Virus record (IMG/VR): IMGVR_UViG_3300025389_000014
Location: 32,001-96,000 of that record
DNA: 64,000 nucleotides
Source of the DNA: a virus
Taxonomy: Duplodnaviria > Caudoviricetes
Reading direction: 5' to 3' (one strand)
Within the stretch, counting starts at the first letter, position 1, and each line of letters opens with the position of its first letter. A program made the position numbers and the translations under genes. Under the pieces are notes generated by a model that ran no database searches, was not told the origin of the DNA, and saw only the letters and a list, made by a program, of their open reading frames with translations. Shown piece by piece: positions 30,999-39,139 of the stretch.

Positions 30999-31019
30999 TT
31001 TGTTTCTCCTTTGGTTAGC

Positions 31020-31070
31020 GTTCTAGGCCTACGCGGCGGGTTTCCGCATAAACTCTCTTTAAGAGCGAAC
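31020..31070 (-). promoter_or_regulatory. Structured 5' leader (three-way junction) of the 420-aa gene
   Basis: GUUC/GAAC closing stem, a GCUCU/AGAGU hairpin and a UUUAUGCGG/CCGCGUAGG hairpin with G-U pairs. Confidence 0.55.
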
Positions 31071-31075
31071 ATGAC

Positions 31076-31083
31076 TATTTAGC
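31076..31083 (-). promoter_or_regulatory. Late promoter (GCTAAATA)
   Basis: TAAATA at 31076-31081; predicted +1 at 31070. Confidence 0.75.
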
Positions 31084-31085
31084 GG

Positions 31086-31271
31086 TTAATCTTGGAAATA
31101 TTCAAACCCGCTAGCAACTACTCGAATTGATCCGTCTTTCATAGTAAGTAGATATTCAGTACGATCTGCACTTAAACTGACTCTGGCATAGTCGTCAGGC
31201 CCAATGCCAGATTGAGTTAGAGTCGTATAGAGTGCTTCTTGCATCATTTTTTCATATTGTCTTGAGTTCAT
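31086..31271 (-). CDS. Hypothetical protein (61 aa)
   Basis: Its ATG overlaps the endonuclease stop codon (TAATG) and a GGA SD precedes it. Confidence 0.55.
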   Translation of the reverse strand: MNSRQYEKMMQEALYTTLTQSGIGPDDYARVSLSADRTEYLLTMKDGSIRVVASGFEYFQD

Positions 31272-32068
31272 TATTGTTTTCCTTTACAATTTGTTCCGTG
31301 CCAGCGTTTATACATACCTATACTGGATTCTTTACCACAGTGCTCGCAGGTCTTCTTCATCTGGCTAGGGTGACGTCCTTCTGCTAGTCGTTTGGCATTG
31401 CTGTCTGATCCCACGAAGTTGTGTGTGCCTTCGGCGATACGGCGGTTGTTGAGATCAGGTCCTTGGAAGTTATGTCGACCTTCTGCTACCAGTTTCTTGT
31501 TGAGGGCACCGTTGGCATTAGGTGCGTTGCCATTCTGCCAATGATGTATACCTTGCTCACTGCGCCATTTACTAGGATTGTTGGTTTGGAATATGTTGCG
31601 ACCTCTAGCGGTAGCTAATCTAGAATTTCTGCCATCAAGATTGGGATTATTTTCAACAAACTGTTTCTTTGCTTCTGGATTTTTATTCATCCAATGAGCA
31701 TCACCGGAAAACTTCTCTCTATATTTTTCTGGATCTTTATGAGACCAATGATTATCACCGCTGAGTTTTTTAGCAACCTCCGGACGCTTCATGGGATTAT
31801 TATCTGTATCGAATCCAATAGGATCCGGTGTTCTGTTCATACAATCGGGCTTACCATAGTGTTCGATAAGATAATTTTTCTCTAAAATCTTTAATGAGTC
31901 TGCATCGTCGGCATATTCCAGTATTTCTCTAGTAAGTGAGGATTTATCTTTAATAGACCTAGGCCATTTTCCAGAACCTATATATCCGTCATCTATATTA
32001 TCAGTGCTGTGTCTACCAATATAGTACTTGCCGTTCTTGTGAGTTGTCTTATATATAAAATGTTTCAT
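31271..32068 (-). CDS. Free-standing GIY-YIG (Seg-like) homing endonuclease (265 aa; start re-called at ATG 32068)
   Basis: FIYKTT..NGKYYIGRHST...DDGYIGSG...REILE catalytic domain, repeated G.H[NHW][FW] DNA-binding units, and a C-terminal CEHCGK...RWHG.NC zinc ribbon. Confidence 0.85.
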   Translation of the reverse strand: MKHFIYKTTHKNGKYYIGRHSTDNIDDGYIGSGKWPRSIKDKSSLTREILEYADDADSLKILEKNYLIEHYGKPDCMNRTPDPIGFDTDNNPMKRPEVAKKLSGDNHWSHKDPEKYREKFSGDAHWMNKNPEAKKQFVENNPNLDGRNSRLATARGRNIFQTNNPSKWRSEQGIHHWQNGNAPNANGALNKKLVAEGRHNFQGPDLNNRRIAEGTHNFVGSDSNAKRLAEGRHPSQMKKTCEHCGKESSIGMYKRWHGTNCKGKQ

Positions 32069-32073
32069 ATGTT

Positions 32074-32081
32074 TATTTAGC
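32074..32081 (-). promoter_or_regulatory. Late promoter (GCTAAATA), 5 nt from the endonuclease ATG (leaderless)
   Basis: GCTAAATA-AACAT-ATG. Confidence 0.7.
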
Positions 32082-32112
32082 GTAGTCTGACGCATTACAT
32101 AGATAATCTGGC

Positions 32113-32149
32113 CAACAAAAAAGCACCCGAAGGTGCTTTTTGTTTGTTG
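32113..32149 (-). terminator. Major capsid gene terminator (cUUCGg loop, probably bidirectional)
   Basis: AAAAAGCACC-TTCG-GGTGCTTTTTT with A/T tracts on both sides. Confidence 0.9.
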
Positions 32150-32164
32150 CTGTATTGCTTTGGA

Positions 32165-33340
32165 TTACTTGAATGAAACGTTTGCGGAAGTTATTCCCAC
32201 TTTTCCCAAATAATCTGCGGCATTCCCAAGCGAACTGGCCGTGTTGCTCAATTCGACGTAACCATAGCGAGTTAAGAAACCAACTACTGGTTCAAAAGTA
32301 GCCGGATCAAGTACAACACCAGAACTCATTAACGGAATATAAGGGCAATAGAACGCGGCAGCATCTGCCTCGCTAGAACCTTTGTAACCGATGAGGACTT
32401 GGTTGTTGTCATCTGTATCACTCTTGTATGCGTCAACATAGATTCTCATAGCGCCATTCAATGTACCAACAAACTTAGTGTTTGTAGGAGCTTCAAATGT
32501 GCCTTCTGTTGTACGAGCAAATGCGCTTGTAGTAGCACTTTGTAGAATTGTTAGAGCTTGGTTACTAACAACAGCCCAGTTACCAGCACCACGACGTGTA
32601 CGCTGAGCAATTAAGTTGCTTACACGGTTGATCTGGATAGCCAGTGCGGCATGCTCGTCACCAACGAATGTTGCTGTACCAGAAACTAATGACTGGTCAT
32701 ATGTTTCTTCTACTGAAGCCAAGCTACGTAGGCTTGCTAGGATCTCTTGATCGATCTCAGCTGTGATTTCCTGTGCTAGTGCGGCCATGATTTCAGCTTC
32801 GATGTCAATACCCTGTTGTGCCTGTGCATCTTGTGCAGCCTCGAATGTCCAGCGTGCGCTTAGTTTACGGCTCTTAGCTTCTACTGGGCTCTTCAAGATC
32901 TGGATGCTCATGCGCTTACCAGGTGTGCCTTCTAGGGCCGCTGTTGAATTAGCCTTAGGATAAGCATCTGTATTGTTACCACTGTAAGCAGCCGCAATCT
33001 TGAATGGGCTTAGTGCCTCATCACCTGCGTTGACGTTGTCGCCACTATCAGCATAACGTACACGTAGAGTGTGGATCTGTCCAACTGGACCTGTCATTGG
33101 CTGTACGCCGATGATTTCGTTTGCAATAACTGTAGGCATCACACGACGGATCACTGGAAGAATAACACGGTTAAGTGTTGCTACGTTACCAGCTGATGTC
33201 GCACCTGCTGTTGCGCTCTCTGTCAAGCTACGACGAGTATTCTCTAAGCATACTGCCATGGCAGCACGGCGATTACCCTGTAGGCCTTCAAGCAGAGCTT
33301 CTTTGGTCTCTGACCATCTTTCATTTAATAACTGTGACAT
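32165..33340 (-). CDS. gp23: Major capsid protein, T4 gp23-like
   Basis: IIGVQPMTGPVGQIHTLR, AKSRKLSARWTFEAAQD, EITAEIDQEI, FYCPYIPL and FLTRYG motifs. Confidence 0.97.
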   Translation of the reverse strand: MSQLLNERWSETKEALLEGLQGNRRAAMAVCLENTRRSLTESATAGATSAGNVATLNRVILPVIRRVMPTVIANEIIGVQPMTGPVGQIHTLRVRYADSGDNVNAGDEALSPFKIAAAYSGNNTDAYPKANSTAALEGTPGKRMSIQILKSPVEAKSRKLSARWTFEAAQDAQAQQGIDIEAEIMAALAQEITAEIDQEILASLRSLASVEETYDQSLVSGTATFVGDEHAALAIQINRVSNLIAQRTRRGAGNWAVVSNQALTILQSATTSAFARTTEGTFEAPTNTKFVGTLNGAMRIYVDAYKSDTDDNNQVLIGYKGSSEADAAAFYCPYIPLMSSGVVLDPATFEPVVGFLTRYGYVELSNTASSLGNAADYLGKVGITSANVSFK

Positions 33341-33359
33341 TTATGTCTCCTTGAATAAA

Positions 33360-34445
33360 TTATTTCAGACCCGCTAGTTTGCGGATATCCAAAATATTGT
33401 CTAAGCCTACCTCTGGCTTGGCTTCGCGATTACCTGTTACTGCTGTTGACTCTGTTAGAGCAACTTTAGTTGTACGGGTCGGTTGTCCTTCCATCACTGC
33501 TGGTAGGTATTTCTCGAAAGCACTAGAAAGCTTTGGGGTCTGTACAGACTCTAGTAGCTCTTTCATGATTTCACGCTTGCTAGCATCCAACGGTGCTAGT
33601 AATTCTGCCATAGCATTTTTACGCTCCATTAAATCTCGAGTAACACGGATTTCGCGTTCTTTGGATTCAACTAATTGTGCTTTTTCTGCTACAACCTGTT
33701 TCGCTTCGGATAATTCTTGATCTTTCTTCTGGATGATCTTCAACAGTTTTGATGTCTCAGATTTCTCGTTTAGGTAAGAACTTGAATACTCTTGGGCGAA
33801 TGCTTCATAGATACGGCGACCAAAATCGTTAGTACGAGCACTGTCAATATCTTCTTTCAACTGACGGATTTCAGATGTTAACTTGGTAGTGATCGTGTTT
33901 TCTACGACTTGGCTTGCACGCTTTACAAAGCGATTTTTGATATCTTCGAACTTGCTCTTGGCTTCACGGACTAACTTGACTTTCGTCTCGGCTAGATCCT
34001 GCTTATCAATGGCAAACTCGCGGATTTCTTTGGCTAGACTGTGTACTACAAAATCCTCTAGCTTGGCGAAGTTCTCGGCGACTTTTTGACGATCTCCTTG
34101 GAACTCTGCTAACTCTTTTTGTAACTGCTTGACAACGAAACCTTCTAGTACCTTGGCATCGCTGGTCATCTTTTCGTGATAACGAGCTTTGGCCTCGGCT
34201 AGAGCAGTTTTGTCTTCGTGCAGTTCACTGATTTCTGCGGCTAGTCTGTCGCTTAACATCTTGTCGATTGCCTCAACCATGATCTGTTTATCATGATTAT
34301 ACTTCTGAGCAAATTCTTCGCGAAGTTCAGCTGTGACTTGGTCGCGATTCTCTTGAATCTTTTCAGCAAAGGCAGATTCGATAACAGATTTTGTTTCTTC
34401 TGTCATTACACCTGACTCTACTAACTGTTTGAATGCGTCCAACAT
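33360..34445 (-). CDS. gp22: Prohead core scaffolding protein, T4 gp22-like
   Basis: Coiled-coil, Glu/Lys-rich protein between protease and capsid genes, with GRRIYEAFAQE and a C-terminal IRKLAGL. Confidence 0.85.
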   Translation of the reverse strand: MLDAFKQLVESGVMTEETKSVIESAFAEKIQENRDQVTAELREEFAQKYNHDKQIMVEAIDKMLSDRLAAEISELHEDKTALAEAKARYHEKMTSDAKVLEGFVVKQLQKELAEFQGDRQKVAENFAKLEDFVVHSLAKEIREFAIDKQDLAETKVKLVREAKSKFEDIKNRFVKRASQVVENTITTKLTSEIRQLKEDIDSARTNDFGRRIYEAFAQEYSSSYLNEKSETSKLLKIIQKKDQELSEAKQVVAEKAQLVESKEREIRVTRDLMERKNAMAELLAPLDASKREIMKELLESVQTPKLSSAFEKYLPAVMEGQPTRTTKVALTESTAVTGNREAKPEVGLDNILDIRKLAGLK

Positions 34446-34461
34446 ATATTTCTCCTCGGGC

Positions 34462-35091
34462 TTATTTTAGACCTTTGATAACCTGAAGTACTGCTTCTTT
34501 CAGGTATTTCTGGGCCTTTGGATCTTCTTTTACTTCTTGTGCAACCTTAAACGCTCTTGCTCCGCCACGGGCATTCATTAAATGCTCATAGACAGGAGTA
34601 GGATACGCACCAGGTGCACTGGGTTGAGCAACTACGTCCACTGTGATTATCTCAAAATCAGATACATGGCCGTTCATGTCGTTGACATTGCCACTACCAC
34701 GAGAACTTACGCCAAGTTTTACTCCGCTTTCAAGCATAGTACGAACTAAGTTACCCATTGGCGTTGGAAGGATCTTCATCTTTCCATAACCGTTCGGACC
34801 TTCCATCCACATCTGTGTTATCATATGGGACACACGATCCAAGTTTACTTTTAGGTCATCTGGATGATCAACTTCGCCTAGCACTGAGTAACCATTCTGT
34901 ATCTGGTCGTTCAGTGTCTTCACAGCACGTTCAATTTCGTCTACAGGGTAGACACGTTGATTCGCGTTGCGGATCCCACCTTGGATGGCGATACCTTTTA
35001 GGTAAAGGCTCTTTCCATCCTTGTCGTCACTCTCGAGTATGACTCCAGCTTGATCGAAACTTAGGTGTTCACGTAGGTAGCTTAGTTGCAT
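34462..35091 (-). CDS. gp21: Prohead maturation protease, T4 gp21-like
   Basis: NANQRVYP, GEVDHP, VSHMI, LGVSSRGSG and DVVAQPSAPGA motifs. Confidence 0.95.
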   Translation of the reverse strand: MQLSYLREHLSFDQAGVILESDDKDGKSLYLKGIAIQGGIRNANQRVYPVDEIERAVKTLNDQIQNGYSVLGEVDHPDDLKVNLDRVSHMITQMWMEGPNGYGKMKILPTPMGNLVRTMLESGVKLGVSSRGSGNVNDMNGHVSDFEIITVDVVAQPSAPGAYPTPVYEHLMNARGGARAFKVAQEVKEDPKAQKYLKEAVLQVIKGLK

Positions 35092-35104
35092 CCGGGTTCT
35101 CTAA

Positions 35105-36088
35105 TTATAGCTTTTTCAAGAAAGGCTTATCATGGCTTACAGATGTCTGACCTGCTAGTTCACCTGTCCCGCTGCCAACTGGCTTCGGAGCCTTGTTGTT
35201 GCTTGGATAACCACTACCTTGTTTGTTTAATGCGGCACCGTCTTTCATCTTAGCTGTTGAGCTACCTGCGATGTTCTTTTCAACACCTTTAGTATACTGC
35301 TCACTGCTTTCTGGATTGATACCTTTTGTTACTTTGTTAGGGCTTGTACCTGTGTTCTTTTGACCTTCTTCGCTGCCTTGTGCTAGATTTTTAGCATTTG
35401 CACCTGAAGTTGGCTTACCTGAACCAGAACTTATAGGGCTTTTACCTTCTGTTGGTGCTGGAAACTGCTCACCTGTATTAGCACCTAGGTATTGACCCTG
35501 TGTCTTCTGTGAGTTTTTATCCCAATCGTTGCCGACCTTTTCACGATACTCACGAGTGATACGACGGTTTTCCATTGGCATGCCTATCATTTCATTTTCG
35601 TTGTCTTCTTCGCCTTCTTCGTCGTCAAACTCAGAATCCATATCCATGTCGCCATGCTCTGAACCTTGTGCTTGCTCTAGTTCTGCAAAGGCAGCTTCTA
35701 GTTCTTCGATAGCATTTTTGATGTCCATCATAGCAGAATCTTCGTCGCCTTCTTCGTCGCCGTGCTCTGCACCAACTTCCATACCTAGTGCGTCAGTTGG
35801 ATCATGTTCGTCGCCACCCTGGAAGCCATCATCTTCCTCGTCCATTTCATAAGCATCTTCTAGCTCTTCTTCAGACTCGTCCATTTCTTCTTCCATAGAC
35901 TCGTCCATTTCTTTGTCTTCGTCTTCCATAGACTCGTCCATTTCTTCATCGGCCATTTCTTCTTCGGCGATAAGGTTCTCGTAGATGCTTCGTGATTTTT
36001 CTACCACGATATCGTGGAAAAGCTCATTGGCTTTGTCCATTTCTTCATTAACTAGATAGTCTAGTAGTTGTTCAAACTTTGTTGACAT
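35105..36088 (-). CDS. Highly acidic prohead core/internal protein (327 aa; start re-called at ATG 36088)
   Basis: SD AAGGAG before MSTKFEQLL. E/D-rich N-half with EEMDES repeats and a K/G/S-rich C-half. Occupies the T4 gp67/68 position between portal and protease. Confidence 0.7.
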   Translation of the reverse strand: MSTKFEQLLDYLVNEEMDKANELFHDIVVEKSRSIYENLIAEEEMADEEMDESMEDEDKEMDESMEEEMDESEEELEDAYEMDEEDDGFQGGDEHDPTDALGMEVGAEHGDEEGDEDSAMMDIKNAIEELEAAFAELEQAQGSEHGDMDMDSEFDDEEGEEDNENEMIGMPMENRRITREYREKVGNDWDKNSQKTQGQYLGANTGEQFPAPTEGKSPISSGSGKPTSGANAKNLAQGSEEGQKNTGTSPNKVTKGINPESSEQYTKGVEKNIAGSSTAKMKDGAALNKQGSGYPSNNKAPKPVGSGTGELAGQTSVSHDKPFLKKL

Positions 36089-36128
36089 TGTAAAATTCTC
36101 CTTAATTGGTAGCGGCAAGGCTGTATTA

Positions 36129-36136
36129 TATTTACA
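36129..36136 (-). promoter_or_regulatory. Late promoter (TGTAAATA) for the head operon
   Basis: TAAATA at 36129-36134, upstream of core, gp21, gp22 and gp23. Confidence 0.7.
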
Positions 36137-36233
36137 GTTATGTGACAATACCTGTGCGAAACAGGCCTAAAACGAGCCTTTTTGTTTGATCTACTCAAAA
36201 AATCAAATCATTTTTTTGAGTTTTTGTTAAAAA

Positions 36234-36241
36234 TATTTAGT
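36234..36241 (-). promoter_or_regulatory. Second upstream late promoter (ACTAAATA)
   Basis: TAAATA at 36234-36239 in an AT-rich intergenic region. Confidence 0.5.
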
Positions 36242-36264
36242 TTCTAGGCAGATATTTTAACTGA

Positions 36265-37125
36265 CTACATAATGCCAAGGCATAATTCAGTGTATCTAGG
36301 CACAGCGTCTTTGGTATCAGTGTTGTTTAATAGATGGTAATCTGCGCCCGATAAGGATACTTTCCTTGTATATCTATGCGGGTTTTTGATATGCGCGGCC
36401 AGTACCCAGGTATTATATAGGATCGTTCTATCCACGGTCGCAGTCTGTATTTCAAACTGATCTGTTCGCATAGAATCAAACAAGGAGCCCGTATAGTTCT
36501 TGAGATCACCAAAAACTACAGGGTTTATGGTATCCCATAATAGGTCTGTGACCGTATGACTGTAGTGTACTCCATCGCCTAGCGGTACATTGGGTGTTGA
36601 TTGATAGTTAGGACTAATGTATTCGTAGAATCTACTCGCATACCCTATACGATTCTCACCGATATCCCGATCTACACAGTCAATGAAGGCTCGAGAAAAT
36701 ATATGTTTCATAATATTCCGGGTTATCGCACTGCCGTAATAAGGATACTGGGGAACAAATTGAACATCATGTACTGCGGGCGGTGTGCCCCAGACGACTA
36801 TCTTTTCTAATCCATATAGATCTGCTGTGGTTTTCAGGGCCTGATAGAAGTCTTCTACACGTTTCTGTATGTAGGCTTCCGGAGATACGGTATTTTCGGG
36901 TATGTGTTTCCACCAATGTGCCCTTATATCCAATCCGCCCAGACTTATGACTGCATATCGGACATGAGGTATGTGATACTTAAAGAATTTAGTCAGTGAT
37001 GAATGAGGCTGTCCTGCCAGTTTTATGTAGTCTAGTGCTGTAGAAACTCTCGTATAGACAAACTCTGGAGCTAGATTTCTTAAGGCTAGTGTGCCCGAAT
37101 CACCTATTAAGAGTAGACTTGACAT
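36265..37125 (-). CDS. SGNH/GDSL-like hydrolase (286 aa)
   Basis: Block I LLIGDSG, block III-like SLGGLDIR and block V DGVHY. Confidence 0.6.
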   Translation of the reverse strand: MSSLLLIGDSGTLALRNLAPEFVYTRVSTALDYIKLAGQPHSSLTKFFKYHIPHVRYAVISLGGLDIRAHWWKHIPENTVSPEAYIQKRVEDFYQALKTTADLYGLEKIVVWGTPPAVHDVQFVPQYPYYGSAITRNIMKHIFSRAFIDCVDRDIGENRIGYASRFYEYISPNYQSTPNVPLGDGVHYSHTVTDLLWDTINPVVFGDLKNYTGSLFDSMRTDQFEIQTATVDRTILYNTWVLAAHIKNPHRYTRKVSLSGADYHLLNNTDTKDAVPRYTELCLGIM

Positions 37126-37130
37126 CTATA

Positions 37131-37379
37131 CTATACTGGAGGCTGTCCTTCTGCTGGAGGAGTAGCATACATAGTACGTATCAGTCCTAGTTCTTCTGTT
37201 TTTTCTTTTTCACGAGCATCGCCTGCCTTGCGTAGACTATTCAACATCTCTAGCGTAAGGCGTGTTTTACGTAGGTCTTTTTTACGCAGTATGCTGGTGT
37301 CGTGCTGGCTCAGATAGCGATCATCTTCAACAGGATCTGGGTGCTCACGATCGAAACTTAGGAACTCTCTTAATAACAT
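37131..37379 (-). CDS. Small head-module protein (82 aa), function unknown
   Basis: MLLREF...RKTRLTLEMLNSLRK...MYA, directly downstream of the portal gene, with its own late promoter. Confidence 0.7.
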   Translation of the reverse strand: MLLREFLSFDREHPDPVEDDRYLSQHDTSILRKKDLRKTRLTLEMLNSLRKAGDAREKEKTEELGLIRTMYATPPAEGQPPV

Positions 37380-37386
37380 AGTAGTG

Positions 37387-37394
37387 TATTTACC
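37387..37394 (-). promoter_or_regulatory. Late promoter (GGTAAATA), 7 nt from the ATG
   Basis: GGTAAATA-CACTACT-ATG with no SD. Confidence 0.65.
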
Positions 37395-37396
37395 AA

Positions 37397-39136
37397 TTAT
37401 ACCGGTGGAGGTGTAGGTGATGTAGTGCCAGGTTCTGGCATGCTTCCGGGTAATCCGCCTGCTTCGGCGCCAGGTTCTCCCGGAGGCGGAGCTGAGGTCA
37501 TGCCGCCGAGACTGGATAGATCTCCTCCCATGCCGTTGGCTGTTATACCCACTGATCTAAGTTCAGCACTGGCTGACAGTTTATTGTCAACGTCGATGTT
37601 TTCTTCTTTCCATAGCTTTTCGTTTTCTGCTATTTCTTCTGAGGTTAATCCTAAGAATCGTTTCAAGGCAAATCGCTTGCTCATCATGGGTATAGCTACC
37701 ATAGTGCCAAAGGTGTTGACACGAGCTGTGTCCATTTCTGCCTGGCGATATGATGCGAAATTCTGCGGCGGATTGAATTTAAGGTCGAATATGTTAGAGT
37801 CAATATTGATACCTTTAGTATGTAGGTATAGCTTGAACTCAGAATCGAACGGGCCATTTATGAGGCTTTGTAGTCTTTCGCAGTATTTGTTAAATCTGAG
37901 TTCTTGTATATAGGCAGTTCCAACCCTTCCATCATTGAAATTACTACCACCATCATCTGAGCCAGTAGGCAAGTAACTGCTAGGAATACGTAGAGCACGA
38001 AACAGCTTATTAGTAAAATACTTAAGATCATCTATTTCTCCTAGGTTCTGTCCACCCTGTAGGATTTCTACCTTACTGCCTCTACCTTCTGCTGTCTGAG
38101 GGAAGAAGTAATCCTCATTGATCGATAGCGGATTGTAGCTGGCATCAACTACTGATTGGCTACCGCCGGTAACGCTAGGGATACGGCGCTGATTGACTTC
38201 ATTTTTCACACGTTCTACGAAACTCATAGCTAGGTGTGAGGGCATATTGCCCGTGTCTATATAGAAAACTCTGCGTTCCGGTGCACGTTGCACACGATAG
38301 ATGATGATAGAGTCTTCTAACAGTTCTTTCTGTTTGAATACCTTGAATATGCTTTCCATTAGACTGTTGCCAAAGGGAAAATTGTTGTCTAGGCCTTCTG
38401 ATAGGCTGATGTGTACTACATGTCGGGCATCTATGGCGTACTGATTTTGATTTTGACTGAATCTGCTGGAGTTGGCTGTGGTAGGAAAACTACCAACCAT
38501 GCCCCGTGATCCGCCCGCACCGCCCTGTCCTGTTCCATATCCGCCACCGAACTGACTGCCGCCGCCCTGCATGTTGCTGGGGTTTATGGCTGTAGTGGCC
38601 AATGTTTCTAGATTAGGATTGAAGTCTCTGATGTGATACTGCTCAGGTTTTTTACCTTCTGATTCGTTTACGATGATCTTGTCTACCTTAGCTGGATCTA
38701 CATACATCCAGCTCTGTGTTTCTGGGTCACGTACAAAGAACACATCGCCGTATTTGAATGCGTTACGCACTATCTTGAATATTCGAATGTCAAATTTATT
38801 CTGTTTGGTCCACTGCTGTAGATATTTTTTAATGATAGTGATTTCAGCATTAGTAGCCTGTTCTTTGAAGAAGACCTGGAACGGTGTACCGTTCTCCATA
38901 TTATTCTGTGTGCAGAATTCAGCTAGGATATCCAAGGCCGCATTGACTTCACTGTCACTGTCCATGGTATCATACTGCCCGTAACGCTCTAGACGATTGG
39001 GGTGACCTGCATAAACATCAGGTAGGTAGCTAGAGTAATTAGTACGACTAGCGTGAGCACCACCGCCCATGCTTCCGCTGATTGGACTCATCTGTCCATT
39101 AGTTGCTACAGGAGTGAAGTATCTTTTCCAGGCCAT
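37397..39136 (-). CDS. gp20: Portal vertex protein, T4 gp20-like
   Basis: LEDSIIIYRVQRAPERRVFYIDTGNMP, EDYFFP..AEGRGSKVE.L.GGQNLGEIDD..YF..KLFRAL.IP and ELRF.KYCERLQ motifs. Confidence 0.96.
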   Translation of the reverse strand: MAWKRYFTPVATNGQMSPISGSMGGGAHASRTNYSSYLPDVYAGHPNRLERYGQYDTMDSDSEVNAALDILAEFCTQNNMENGTPFQVFFKEQATNAEITIIKKYLQQWTKQNKFDIRIFKIVRNAFKYGDVFFVRDPETQSWMYVDPAKVDKIIVNESEGKKPEQYHIRDFNPNLETLATTAINPSNMQGGGSQFGGGYGTGQGGAGGSRGMVGSFPTTANSSRFSQNQNQYAIDARHVVHISLSEGLDNNFPFGNSLMESIFKVFKQKELLEDSIIIYRVQRAPERRVFYIDTGNMPSHLAMSFVERVKNEVNQRRIPSVTGGSQSVVDASYNPLSINEDYFFPQTAEGRGSKVEILQGGQNLGEIDDLKYFTNKLFRALRIPSSYLPTGSDDGGSNFNDGRVGTAYIQELRFNKYCERLQSLINGPFDSEFKLYLHTKGINIDSNIFDLKFNPPQNFASYRQAEMDTARVNTFGTMVAIPMMSKRFALKRFLGLTSEEIAENEKLWKEENIDVDNKLSASAELRSVGITANGMGGDLSSLGGMTSAPPPGEPGAEAGGLPGSMPEPGTTSPTPPPV

Positions 39137-39139
39137 ATT

